Assembly: GCA_016928395.1 (NCBI GenBank)
Contig: JAFGKV010000061.1
Span: 1 to 50,662, forward strand
Direction: 5' to 3'
DNA length: 50,662 bases
From: Candidatus Fermentibacterota bacterium
GTDB taxonomy: Bacteria; JAFGKV01
Below, one piece after another: positions 8,405 through 18,305 of this stretch (position 1 is its first letter; every line of letters begins with the position of its first letter). The position numbers and the translations under genes are program-made. Below the pieces are notes generated by a model. That model was not told where the DNA came from and did not search any database. It was given only the letters and a program-made list of their open reading frames with translations.

Positions 8405-10198
8405 GTGGGAACGTGGCGAACTCACTTCATCGGAGAACTCAGGTCAACGCACGTCGGCCAGCAGGTTCGGTTGTGCGGATGGGTCAACACGACCCGGGAG
8501 CATGGCGATCTGTTGTTTGTTCTTGTTCGTGACCGAACTGGCGTGGCCCAAGTCAGGATTCAGCAATCTCGCGACGCGGGTGGTGACTCCCGGCTGTGGG
8601 CCACAGCCGTGGAGTTGGGGCTGGAGTTCTGCGTACGAGTAACCGGAACCGTCGCCCTCCGCCCCGATGACGCTCGCAATCCTGATATGCCCACCGGAGA
8701 CATAGAGGTCACACCCGTCGAGATCGAGATTCTTAACGACTGCCCGCCACTCCCCTTCCCGATCCACCGAGAGACCGAGATCTCCGAGACGACCGCGCTG
8801 AAGTACCGGTACCTGCAGATGCGGCGTCCCAGCCTCGCCCGGGTGATCCGCCTCCGCCATGAGCTGGTCCTCTGTCTTCGAAACCTGATGAGCGGCATGG
8901 GCTTCATCGAGATCGAGACTCCACTACTCACACGGAGCACGCCAGAAGGAGCGCGGGATTTCCTTGTGCCAAGCCGAGTGTATCCCGGCCGTTTCTTCGC
9001 TTTGCCGCAGTCACCTCAGCAGTACAAGGAACTGCTGATGATCGGCGGTGTCGACCGCTACTTCCAGTTCGCGCGGTGCCTTCGGGACGAGGATGCCCGG
9101 GCCGATCGTCAGGCCGAACACACCCAACTCGACTTTGAGATGAGCTTTGTAGACCGGGAAGACATCATCGAGGTGCTCGAGGCGATCTATGGGGGGGCCG
9201 CAGAGAGGTTCAGCTCCAAACGGCTTCAGCGGATACCCATCCCGCGCATGTCGTATCATGAAGCCATGCACCGGTTCGGGTCCGACAAACCCGATCTTCG
9301 ATTCGAACTTGAACTGGTGGATCTTTCGCCGGTTTTCACCGGGTGTTCATCGCCCTCTCTCGCCAAGGCCGCAGCAGCACCAGACGAGGTCGTCCGCGGC
9401 TTCGCCGTTCCCGGCGGTGGTGGCTGGTCACGCAAGGAACTCGACGCATTGGTAGATCCTGCGACGGGCACCGGAGGCATCGCCTGGGTTGCGCTCAAAG
9501 AGGGAGCGCTGCGATCCTCCCCGCTCAAGTCCGCCCTGGACGGGGATCGCCTTGACGCGCTTCGCCGGGCAACCTCGGCGGGCCCAGACGATCTTATCAT
9601 TGTGGCCGGCGGGCTCCGCCGCAAGACCTTGGAATCTCTCGGAAGGGTTCGCGTCGCCATGGGCAGGAAACTGAGGCTCATCGACGAGGATGTGCTCGCC
9701 TTTGCCTTCATCATCGATTTCCCCATGTTCGAGTGGAACGCGGATGAGGGCAGGCTGGAACCCGTGCACCACATGTTCGTCCTTCCGAAAACCGAGCACA
9801 TCCCTCTGCTGGATACCGCCCCTCTAGAGGTGCTCACGACCCAGGTTGACGCAGTGTGTAACGGATACGAGCTATGTTCGGGCAGTTTGAGGATCTACAC
9901 ACCAGCCCTGCAGAAGAAAGTGATGGGGCTCATCGGCATCACCGATGAAGACGCCCAGCGAAAGTTCGGCCATCTTCTGACGGCCCTCCGGTTCGGGGCG
10001 CCTCCTCATGGAGGAGCTGCCCCCGGGTTGGACCGACTTCTCATGGTTCTGCTCGGTACCGACCGGATGTCTGATGTCGTGGCGTTCCCCAAGACCTACA
10101 GCGGCCGCGACCTGCTCATGGATGCACCGGCAGAGGTCGACCCCGCGCAGCTTGCAGATCTGCATCTCAGGGTCGAACCCCCAAGAGAAGGAGTGTGA
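8405..10198 (+). CDS. aspS: Aspartate--tRNA ligase
   Basis: GTG start after GGAGGA; RTH..GEL, OB fold, IETPLLTRSTPEGARDFLVPSR, ALPQSPQ, RDEDARADRQ, GAPPHGG..GLDR, VAFPKT. Confidence 0.97.
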   Translation: MGTWRTHFIGELRSTHVGQQVRLCGWVNTTREHGDLLFVLVRDRTGVAQVRIQQSRDAGGDSRLWATAVELGLEFCVRVTGTVALRPDDARNPDMPTGDIEVTPVEIEILNDCPPLPFPIHRETEISETTALKYRYLQMRRPSLARVIRLRHELVLCLRNLMSGMGFIEIETPLLTRSTPEGARDFLVPSRVYPGRFFALPQSPQQYKELLMIGGVDRYFQFARCLRDEDARADRQAEHTQLDFEMSFVDREDIIEVLEAIYGGAAERFSSKRLQRIPIPRMSYHEAMHRFGSDKPDLRFELELVDLSPVFTGCSSPSLAKAAAAPDEVVRGFAVPGGGGWSRKELDALVDPATGTGGIAWVALKEGALRSSPLKSALDGDRLDALRRATSAGPDDLIIVAGGLRRKTLESLGRVRVAMGRKLRLIDEDVLAFAFIIDFPMFEWNADEGRLEPVHHMFVLPKTEHIPLLDTAPLEVLTTQVDAVCNGYELCSGSLRIYTPALQKKVMGLIGITDEDAQRKFGHLLTALRFGAPPHGGAAPGLDRLLMVLLGTDRMSDVVAFPKTYSGRDLLMDAPAEVDPAQLADLHLRVEPPREGV

Positions 10199-10218
10199 GG
10201 CAGCCGGCACTTTCAGCG

Positions 10219-10247
10219 TTGACAAGATCGCAACCAGAGATTAAAAT
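10219..10247 (+). promoter_or_regulatory. Sigma70-type promoter for the M23 peptidase gene
   Basis: TTGACA-17 nt-TAAAAT. A perfect inverted repeat AAATGCA-C-TGCATTT (10244-10258) overlaps the -10. Confidence 0.75.
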
Positions 10248-10299
10248 GCACTGCATTTGGTGGCAGTCTTTGATTTCTCGGAACACAAAGGGATACGGA

Positions 10300-11118
10300 A
10301 TGTCTTTGGTGCGACGCCCCGCCTTCCGAGTATGCGTGACTGCTGGTGTGTGCGCCCTCCTCACCGTGGCGGGATATTCGGCAGGAAGCCGTTTCGCCGC
10401 CACAGCCCACCGAGACAAAGAGAACTCTGGCCGGTCTTCCATTGAGACACAGGTCGATGCCTTGACTGAGAGGATAGACCGGCTCAATGAAGAGAACACC
10501 GCCCTGCGGATCGCCGTCGGCCTCACGCCCCTACCCAGCGATGTCTATGCGGTGGGCATCGGTGGGAGGGAAGCGCCATGGCCGGATGCCGTGACTCCCG
10601 AACTAGATACGTGGGCACGGCTTGATCGATTGTCTCGTGGAGTCAAGCTGCTGCACACCAGCTACCAACAGGTGGAATCTCGCATACGGGAGGATCAGGA
10701 GGTTTTGAGCAGAATCCCCTCCATCAACCCCGTACCCGATGGCGTGGTGAACAGCCGGTTTGGCGTTCGGCTCCATCCGATCTTCGGGGTCAAGGCGATG
10801 CATGAGGGAATGGATTTCGCCGCGCCGCGCGATACGCCGGTTCTGGCCACCGCGGATGGTGTAGTGAGCTTCTCCGGCAAATACGGCGGCTACGGCAACC
10901 TCATTGAGATCGATCACGGCAACGGGTTGACGACACGATACGCGCACAACAGGACCAACAGCGTGCGACTCGGCCAAAGGGTCACGCGGGGCCAGGCCAT
11001 CGCGTCCGTCGGGGCAACCGGAATCACAACCTCGCCGCATCTTCACTACGAAGTCCGCCGAGACGGCGTGGCCGTAGATCCCCAGCCTTATGTCCTTCCG
11101 GGAGTCATCGTCGACTAG
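10300..11118 (+). CDS. M23 family metallopeptidase (peptidoglycan endopeptidase)
   Basis: N-terminal TM, coiled coil, HEGMD (HxxxD), YGNLIEIDH, TRYAH, PHLHYEV (HxH). Confidence 0.93.
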   Translation: MSLVRRPAFRVCVTAGVCALLTVAGYSAGSRFAATAHRDKENSGRSSIETQVDALTERIDRLNEENTALRIAVGLTPLPSDVYAVGIGGREAPWPDAVTPELDTWARLDRLSRGVKLLHTSYQQVESRIREDQEVLSRIPSINPVPDGVVNSRFGVRLHPIFGVKAMHEGMDFAAPRDTPVLATADGVVSFSGKYGGYGNLIEIDHGNGLTTRYAHNRTNSVRLGQRVTRGQAIASVGATGITTSPHLHYEVRRDGVAVDPQPYVLPGVIVD

Positions 11119-11267
11119 CCTCGTTCGGATACGCGGACCTTCAACTGCACGCCGTATTTCTCCTCCGAGTGTGGGGTGTATCGGTTGCCCATGGAAAGCC
11201 CTGGATCACATTCTGTTGACGAGGCGTGATCAGGCCGCCGGGACCATGTTTCTATGAGAGGTTCCCT

Positions 11268-12533
11268 GTGAACTGCGCGCTGAGACTGTGGGTTCTGCCC
11301 TTCATGGCTGCTGCGTCGCTATCCGGGGCCGATGGCTCATCGGTCCTTGTTCCCATGGACACAGCGCAGACAGATCACCTCCGCGCCTACGGGGTGGCCT
11401 ATCACGCGCTCCAGCAAGGTGTCTCCGTCGAGTGGTTGCTCAACTGCCGAAGCGGCGCATTCCTCGCACCCGCGTCCAGAGGAATAGAGCAGTACGCCAG
11501 GCTCCTCGGGGTCTCGGTCGAGATCCTGTCCTCTGCGCAGGTGGCCGCACTCCGGGCGACCATGGCGGAAGGGAATCAGGAATCGATACTGCTGGAGAAG
11601 GCGCCGCGAATCGCGGTGTACTGCCCTCCTACCGCCGAACCGTGGGACGATGCGGTCCGCCTTGCTCTGGACTACGCGAGGATTCCCTATGACACGGTCT
11701 GGGATCCCGAGGTCGTGGCGGGCACCCTGGAGCGGTACGATTGGCTTCACCTCCACCACGAGGACTTCACGGGGCAATACGGCAAGTTCTATGCATCCTT
11801 CGCTAGGGCGCCCTGGTATGTTGCAGCAAAGGAAGGCGCGGAAGCAGAAGCGAGCGCGCTGGGTTTCTCCAAGGTCTCAAGAGCCAAGAAAGCAGTGGCA
11901 CTGGCCATTCGTCACTTTGTCGAGCAGGGAGGCTTTCTGTTCGCCATGTGCAGCGCCACCGATACCATTGACATTGCGCTTTCGGCCCTGAGTACGGATG
12001 TGGTGGAGGAGGTCTTCGACGGTGATCCCGTTGACCCCGGCTGGCCCGGAAAGCTCGACTATTCCGCATCCTTCGCGTTTACCGGCTTCCGCCTCCTTAC
12101 CGATCCTCTGGTCTACGAATTCTCCGACATCGACACCACGCCCACGCGAGCCCAACTGCCACGCCACCTTGACAAGTTCAAGCTGTTCGAATTCTCCGCC
12201 CGCCTTGATCCCGTGCCCTGCATGCTCACCCAATGCCACCTCCGTACGGTAGACGGGTTCATGGGTCAAACAACCGGCTTCACCAAGAGCCGCGTCAAGG
12301 CTGACGTCATGATCCTCGGCGAGACTCCCAATATCGACGAAGCCAAGTACATCCACGGCAACGTGGGCAGAGGAACATTCACGTTTTTGGGTGGTCACGA
12401 CCCCGAAGACTACCAGCACCTGGTGGGAGACCCTCCCACCGTGTTAGATTTCACCCGGAATTCGCCCGGCTATCGGCTTATTCTGAACAATGTGCTGTTC
12501 CCGGCTGCCCGGAAACAGGAGCGAAAAACCTGA
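11268..12533 (+). CDS. Conserved secreted class I glutamine-amidotransferase-like protein (family often labelled asparagine synthetase B)
   Basis: Signal-like N-terminus; motifs HLRAYG, PWDDAV, YDWLHLHHEDFTGQYGKFY, FAMCSATD, GGHDPEDYQH, SPGYRLILNNVLFPAA. Confidence 0.75.
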   Translation: MNCALRLWVLPFMAAASLSGADGSSVLVPMDTAQTDHLRAYGVAYHALQQGVSVEWLLNCRSGAFLAPASRGIEQYARLLGVSVEILSSAQVAALRATMAEGNQESILLEKAPRIAVYCPPTAEPWDDAVRLALDYARIPYDTVWDPEVVAGTLERYDWLHLHHEDFTGQYGKFYASFARAPWYVAAKEGAEAEASALGFSKVSRAKKAVALAIRHFVEQGGFLFAMCSATDTIDIALSALSTDVVEEVFDGDPVDPGWPGKLDYSASFAFTGFRLLTDPLVYEFSDIDTTPTRAQLPRHLDKFKLFEFSARLDPVPCMLTQCHLRTVDGFMGQTTGFTKSRVKADVMILGETPNIDEAKYIHGNVGRGTFTFLGGHDPEDYQHLVGDPPTVLDFTRNSPGYRLILNNVLFPAARKQERKT

Positions 12534-12557
12534 GGCCTGAGAAGGAGGGAGTTACCC

Positions 12558-12743
12558 ATGGTGGAAGGAAGTTTTCCGGAGTGCCTCAAGTGTCACCTCG
12601 GCGTGCTGGTTCCCTTGTCTGACTACGGTCGCGACGGGGCCGCGGTTATGTACAAGGCATGGGTGTGTACTAACCCGAGTTGCGGTTACCACATTCGCAT
12701 CGATAAGGGAGATATCAGCAAGCACGCACAGACCTTCGAGTGA
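12558..12743 (+). CDS. Small zinc-ribbon protein
   Basis: Strong RBS GAAGGAGG; CLKC ... CTNPSC; sits inside an operon between two long genes. Confidence 0.8.
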   Translation: MVEGSFPECLKCHLGVLVPLSDYGRDGAAVMYKAWVCTNPSCGYHIRIDKGDISKHAQTFE

Positions 12744-12756
12744 GGAGGGTTTCCTC

Positions 12757-14316
12757 GTGAAGTGGGCCGTCGACGCCGCGGCCATGCGGGCTATCGACGA
12801 GCGCGCGATACGCGACATGGGCATCCCCGGCCGAATCCTCATGGAGAATGCGGGGAATGCTGTGGCTGAGGTCGCCGTGGGCATGGCGGGTTCCGGATCG
12901 ATTCTCATCCTGTGCGGCCCGGGAAACAACGGGGGCGACGGGTTTGTGGCGGCCAGATTGCTGAAAGAGCGGGGATACCCGGCAGAGATTGCGCTGTTGG
13001 CGGCGAAGGTTGCGGGGGATTCGGCCCGCAACCTTGACCTGGCCCGGGCCATCGGGATCCCCATCACGGAGATCATGTCCGAGACGCATCTCGCCTCTGC
13101 CGATGGGATGTTCACCGGCGCCTCCCTGGTGATCGATGCACTCCTTGGCACGGGTTCCAGGGGACCGCCCCGGGGTCTCATAGGAGCGGCGATCCAGCGA
13201 CTGGAGACACTACGATCGCCGGTGCTGGCGGTGGACATCCCCACCGGCATGGACAGCGATACCGGCCGTGCTGACGGACCCGTGGTCAGTGCGTCGGCCA
13301 CGGTGACCATGGGGCTTCTCAAGACCGGCATGCTCTTCTTTCCCGGATGCACGCTGGCGGGCAGACTTACGGTGGCTGATATCGGGCTCCCCCGGGAGTT
13401 GCTCGATCCTCCGCAGGGAGGCGTGCAAATTCTTGAACCGGGCGACCTTGCCTCCTCCCTACCCACGGTGCCGAGCTCGGCCCACAAGGGTCTCGCCGGC
13501 AGGATCCTCGTGATCGCCGGCGCCACCGGCATGACCGGGGCTGCAGCGCTGTGCTGCGCAGCGGCGCTCAAGGCCGGAGCGGGGATGGTCTACCTGGCGA
13601 TACCCGAGCACCTGAATACCATTCTCGAGACCATGCTGCCCGAGGTGATTACCATCCCCGTGCCCGAACGGGACGGCATGCACTGCAGGGGGACCCTGGA
13701 TGCAGTCCGCAGCCTCCTTGACTCAATCGACACGGTCGTGCTCGGGCCTGGCCTCGGTCGAGGCGCCGGGCCCGCGGATCTCGTGAAAGAAGTGCTGGCG
13801 TCGTGGCGAGGCCCTCTGGTGTTAGACGCCGATGGTCTGTTTCATCTCCCCGCGGATCTGACCTTGTCGAACCAGGCGGTGCTGACGCCGCATATCGGCG
13901 AGATGGCCCGGCTTGCGGGCTGCAGCGGGGATTCGCTTCGGGCCGACCCTCGCGGTGCTGCCTGCCGCGAAGCCTGTCGACGCCAGGCTACGGTGCTTCT
14001 CAAGGGAGCCCCCACGGTGGTGGCCGACGGCAAAGGCCACACCGGCGTGAACCTTACGGGCAATGCAGGCTTGGCCACCGGCGGCAGCGGGGATGTGCTG
14101 TCCGGCGCCATCGCGGGATTCATGGCCCAGGGCGCCGAGGGCTACCGCGCAGCGATGGCAGGTGCTTTTGTCCACGGTCTTGCCGCTGATTGTGCGCTGG
14201 AGGAGATGCCCCATGCCTCCATTTTGCCAACCGATGTGGTCAGACTGTTGCCTAAAGCCCTTCGAATGGCGGGTTTCGGCGACCGCAGCGACCCACGTCC
14301 GTGGTGGAAACGGTGA
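12757..14316 (+). CDS. nnr: Bifunctional NAD(P)H-hydrate epimerase/dehydratase
   Basis: LMENAG, CGPGNNGGDG, DALLGTG, AVDIPTG (NnrE); HKG..G, GPGLG, LDADG, LTPHIGE, LATGGSGDVL (NnrD). Confidence 0.95.
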   Translation: MKWAVDAAAMRAIDERAIRDMGIPGRILMENAGNAVAEVAVGMAGSGSILILCGPGNNGGDGFVAARLLKERGYPAEIALLAAKVAGDSARNLDLARAIGIPITEIMSETHLASADGMFTGASLVIDALLGTGSRGPPRGLIGAAIQRLETLRSPVLAVDIPTGMDSDTGRADGPVVSASATVTMGLLKTGMLFFPGCTLAGRLTVADIGLPRELLDPPQGGVQILEPGDLASSLPTVPSSAHKGLAGRILVIAGATGMTGAAALCCAAALKAGAGMVYLAIPEHLNTILETMLPEVITIPVPERDGMHCRGTLDAVRSLLDSIDTVVLGPGLGRGAGPADLVKEVLASWRGPLVLDADGLFHLPADLTLSNQAVLTPHIGEMARLAGCSGDSLRADPRGAACREACRRQATVLLKGAPTVVADGKGHTGVNLTGNAGLATGGSGDVLSGAIAGFMAQGAEGYRAAMAGAFVHGLAADCALEEMPHASILPTDVVRLLPKALRMAGFGDRSDPRPWWKR

Positions 14317-14537
14317 TTCCAGCGCTTCTCCTCGCCGAGTTGCTGGGTCCGCCAGTATTCTCTTCGTGAACTGGACCTGCCATCGCACGGCGTGGCTTGG
14401 TTGCGAGGCCACTCTTCGTGTCGTGTATCCGGTCGGCCGTGAGCCGCCTTAGGATCCGGGGGCGTGATGGCGGTGTTTCAGGAGACATCACCCGCAAGGC
14501 CGGGTCGCTTCAGGCATGAACAGGAGAAAGTCACGAT

Positions 14538-15230
14538 ATGACCGGTGGTCTTCGAAAACGATCCATGGCGTTGATCGGCGCCACATGGGGTGAGCGCATT
14601 CGCCTGGCAGTCATGGTCATCGCGCTATTCGCATTTCGTTCAGCCATCGCCGACTGGAACGATGTGCCCACCGGTTCGATGCGACCCACCATTCTTGAGG
14701 GCGAGCGGATCTTCGTGAACAAACTTGCGTACGACCTCAAGGTACCCTTTACCCGCCAACGCATCGCCTGCTGGGCGGATCCCCGCCGGGGCGACATCGT
14801 GGTCTTCTACTCCCCCGCCGACGGAAAGCGTCTGGTGAAGCGGGTGATCGGAGTGCCTGGTGACACCGTTGCCCTGGAGGGAGGGCGGCTTATGGTCAAC
14901 GGTACCGTGGCTCACTACCATCGTGCGGATCCCCAGGGCCATTACACCGTGGACGGCGAAGTGCTGGCAACTGAGTGTCTCCTGGATTCAAAGCACCTCA
15001 TCACGGTAATGCCCGATCGTCCGGCCCCCCGATGGTTCGGGCCTGTGGTTGTCCCTGAGGGGCGCTACCTCATGATGGGCGACAATCGAGACAACAGCGC
15101 CGACTCCCGGTTCTTTGGTTTCGTCGAACGCCGCGCCATCGCGGGTAAGGCCCCGGCGGTCGTCGTGTCTTTGGACCCCGGACGCTTCTACCTTCCTCGC
15201 TTCCACCGGTTCCTTAGCCGCCTCGCCTGA
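14538..15230 (+). CDS. lepB: Signal peptidase I
   Basis: VPTGSMRPT (Ser), LVKRVIG (Lys), MGDNRDNSADSR. Confidence 0.95.
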   Translation: MTGGLRKRSMALIGATWGERIRLAVMVIALFAFRSAIADWNDVPTGSMRPTILEGERIFVNKLAYDLKVPFTRQRIACWADPRRGDIVVFYSPADGKRLVKRVIGVPGDTVALEGGRLMVNGTVAHYHRADPQGHYTVDGEVLATECLLDSKHLITVMPDRPAPRWFGPVVVPEGRYLMMGDNRDNSADSRFFGFVERRAIAGKAPAVVVSLDPGRFYLPRFHRFLSRLA

Positions 15231-15436
15231 CCCCCCGGTTCGCGCTCGAGATCACCGCGTCGGTACGACGGCGGAGTCCAGGGCTGCAAAGAAACGATGC
15301 TGACGATGCAGTCTGAGAGCCTTTGGTGCCGGAACGGCTGCAAAGCACACTCCGCCGGTTGTGCCTCTTGACAGGAGTCGCCCGCCGGCATAACCGTTGA
15401 TGTCCTCTGCTCCTGGCCCACAGAGGAGGGCGCTAG

Positions 15437-16696
15437 ATGAATAGCCCCGGCCCACAGGATCTGTACCGCATGGCGTTCGATGGCGTGACCGTGGGCGTCG
15501 CTTTGGCGGATGGCTCGGGCAAGATCATCATGGCCAACAAGGCCTTCGCGACGATCGCCGGGGCAGGCCACGGTGCGGATACCGACCTGCGTGTTCTCTC
15601 CGATCGCTTCCTTCCCTGCGGGTCACTGCTGAAAGCGGTACAACAGGCAGTTCTTGATGGCTGTCCGACCGACCTCATGCTCAGCGACCCGGAGAGCGCC
15701 AGGCCGATCTCGATTCACGTGGGACCACTCCCAAAAACCACCGCCGGGGACCGGCTGCTGCTCACCGAATGGCGACACGCCGATGCGGAGGCCGCGGTGG
15801 AGAGGGCCTTGCGGGAGAGCGAGGAGAGATTCCGCACCCTCCAGCAGAACCTGCCGGTGGGAATCTATCGCACGGGTGAAGATGGGACGATCCAGACAGC
15901 CAACCCCGCCCTTCTCTCTATGATGGGCTACAGGTCCGTCGATGAACTCGACGGCGCCGCTTTGGATGATGTCTGGGTGGCCCCGCCCAGCCGCAGCGAA
16001 CTGATCCAACGGTTGAGAAAGGAGGGCGCCGTACGGGGGTACATCGTGCATCTGCGGCGCAAAGATGGCGGTGAGTTCGTCGGTTCGTTGGATGCGCGGG
16101 GCACATTCGACGGGAACGGGCGTCTGCTGCACTTCGACGCCATCGTGCAAGACATCACGGAGCGCATCCATGCGCAGAGGGAGCTGGAGCACCTGGCGCG
16201 AACCGATGGCCTCACCGGGCTCAACAACCGCCAGAGTCTCATGGCAGGGCTGGAGTCAGAACTTGCCCGGGCATCACGCTATGGCCACCTCCTGACCTTG
16301 ATGATCCTGGATCTGGATCATTTCAAGGAAGTCAACGATATCCACGGGCATCTCGTGGGAGACCGTGTGCTGGCAACGGTGGCAACCATTCTCAGGCACA
16401 CGATCCGTGCGACCGATGTCGCTGGTCGCTATGGAGGGGAAGAATTCTGCGTGGTCTTGCCCGAAACCGATGTGGCGGGAGCGTGCCTGATGGCCGAGCG
16501 AATCAGGGTGGCATTGGAGGCCATACGCGTCGAACTACCCGGGGGACAAGTCCTACGGATCACGGGTAGCATTGGCGTCGCCCAGGCGTGCTCGACGAGC
16601 ACGGATGCGCTCATCGCCCGCGCCGACGCGGCGCTGTACGAAGCCAAACGAGCGGGCCGCAACCGAGTCGTGGTCAGCCAGCCTGATCCCGACTGA
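15437..16696 (+). CDS. PAS-PAS-GGDEF diguanylate cyclase
   Basis: Two PAS-like regions; DGLTGLNNR, DLDHFKEVND, I-site RATD, GGEEF, ADAALYEAK. Confidence 0.93.
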   Translation: MNSPGPQDLYRMAFDGVTVGVALADGSGKIIMANKAFATIAGAGHGADTDLRVLSDRFLPCGSLLKAVQQAVLDGCPTDLMLSDPESARPISIHVGPLPKTTAGDRLLLTEWRHADAEAAVERALRESEERFRTLQQNLPVGIYRTGEDGTIQTANPALLSMMGYRSVDELDGAALDDVWVAPPSRSELIQRLRKEGAVRGYIVHLRRKDGGEFVGSLDARGTFDGNGRLLHFDAIVQDITERIHAQRELEHLARTDGLTGLNNRQSLMAGLESELARASRYGHLLTLMILDLDHFKEVNDIHGHLVGDRVLATVATILRHTIRATDVAGRYGGEEFCVVLPETDVAGACLMAERIRVALEAIRVELPGGQVLRITGSIGVAQACSTSTDALIARADAALYEAKRAGRNRVVVSQPDPD

Positions 16697-16792
16697 GACG
16701 CCCACGCGAAAAAACGCGTTGGATGCTTTCGCGGATGGTGAGACGACCGCCGCAGCGGTTGTGAACCGTCAATGTCTCCGAGCCTCGAGGCT

Positions 16793-17854
16793 CTACAACC
16801 ACCGCCTCCGTCGGAAGTATGCGACCATGAACACGGCAATACCCGCCATGACCCCCCATACCGCGGGATAGGCCCACCGCCACCCCAGTTCGGGCATGTG
16901 CGCGAAGTTCATGCCGTACACGCCAGCGATGAACGTGAGCGGTATGAAGATGGTGGCAATGATGGTGAGCACCTTCATCACTTCATTCATTCTGTTGCTC
17001 ACGCTGGAGAGGTAGGTATCCAGCATGCCTGACACGAGTTCACGGTATGAGTCGATGGTGTCGACCACATGGATAACATGATCGTATACGTCGCGGAAGA
17101 ACCGTTGCGTGGCCTCCTGAATCAGAGGCGAATCCTCCCGTTCTAGACCCGACATTACCTCCCGAAGAGGCCAGACGGAGCGACGCAGGAGGATCATCTC
17201 GCTCCTGAGGCGGTAGAGGGCCCGGAGAGTCTCAATACGAGGATCGGTGACCAGAGTGTCTTCAGTCCTCTCGATATCGTCACCAAGGCTCTCCAGCACG
17301 GGGAAGTACCCGTCGACTATCGCATCCAGCAAGGCATATGCCAAGTAATCAGGGCCCATCTTCCGTATTCTCCCTGTGCCGCTGCGGATTCGATCACGCA
17401 CAGGACCGAACACATCCCCCGGAGCCTCCTGGAAGGTGACGACGAAGTTAGATCCCAGCACCAGACTGACTTGCTCCGCGGCGATACCGCCGTCGGTCCT
17501 TTGGTTGATCATTCGGGCCACAAGGAACAGGTGATGCCCCAAGTTCTCATACTTGGGCCGCTGATTCGTGTTGAGGACATCCTCCAGCGTGAGCGAGTGG
17601 ATCTCAAAAAGCGAGCCCAAAGTCGCGACAATCTCCACATCGTGGAGGCCGTCTACATTGATCCATGTCACAGAGGCCGTGTCCTTGAATGGGAGGCATT
17701 CCTCGATCCGGGAGACGGCTCGCTCTTCCAGGGTGGTCTCACTGTAGTCCGTGATGGTAATCCGCACCGCGTCCGTCCTCCGCTCGCCGACGTGAATCAA
17801 CGATCCCGGGGGGAGGCCGGCATCCTTGTGTCTTTTCGGGGCTCGCCGATGCAT
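16793..17854 (-). CDS. corA: Magnesium/cobalt transporter CorA
   Basis: GLPPG, WINVDG, QRPK, MNEVMKVLTII, YGMNF..MPEL; RBS AGGAGG before ATG 17854. Confidence 0.95.
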   Translation of the reverse strand: MHRRAPKRHKDAGLPPGSLIHVGERRTDAVRITITDYSETTLEERAVSRIEECLPFKDTASVTWINVDGLHDVEIVATLGSLFEIHSLTLEDVLNTNQRPKYENLGHHLFLVARMINQRTDGGIAAEQVSLVLGSNFVVTFQEAPGDVFGPVRDRIRSGTGRIRKMGPDYLAYALLDAIVDGYFPVLESLGDDIERTEDTLVTDPRIETLRALYRLRSEMILLRRSVWPLREVMSGLEREDSPLIQEATQRFFRDVYDHVIHVVDTIDSYRELVSGMLDTYLSSVSNRMNEVMKVLTIIATIFIPLTFIAGVYGMNFAHMPELGWRWAYPAVWGVMAGIAVFMVAYFRRRRWL

Positions 17855-18289
17855 GAATACACCCTCCTGTACGATGCGCTGACCCAAGGAGTCCGCGCCC
17901 ACGTGACGGCGTGGGACCCACGGCACGCCCCCGGTCGCCTGTGAAGAACACGGCTTTATGGGCTAGTACGTGGGCCCCCTTGACCACGAAGTCAAGACTC
18001 ATTGTGCGTTCGATGTAGTTTGATCTGGCCGGGCGATACGTCTTTCTGTCGATCCCGTCCACCTGTCGCGGTGGAGGCGGGGACCATCACGCACTCCCAT
18101 TCGGCAACGCCTGCGCAGCTTCTGGGAACACCCCACACGCCTTGCAGAAGGACTATGAGGCACCCCGCACCACCTGCGTTGCAGTCTTGTTCGTCATGGC
18201 TGTCTCCTCGGATAGGGCACTGGGTACGGCCATGACATCACCGCATCCAATCTAGTGCGGCAAGACGTCGTGGCCAGGGGAATCTGCAC

Positions 18290-18305
18290 TGCACACCCGA
18301 TGCCA
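18290..18305 (-). promoter_or_regulatory. Possible sigma54 (-24/-12) promoter
   Basis: Minus strand TGGCATCGGGTGTGCA has GG-N10-GC spacing. It lies upstream of an RBS-led short ORF at 18197. Confidence 0.4.
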
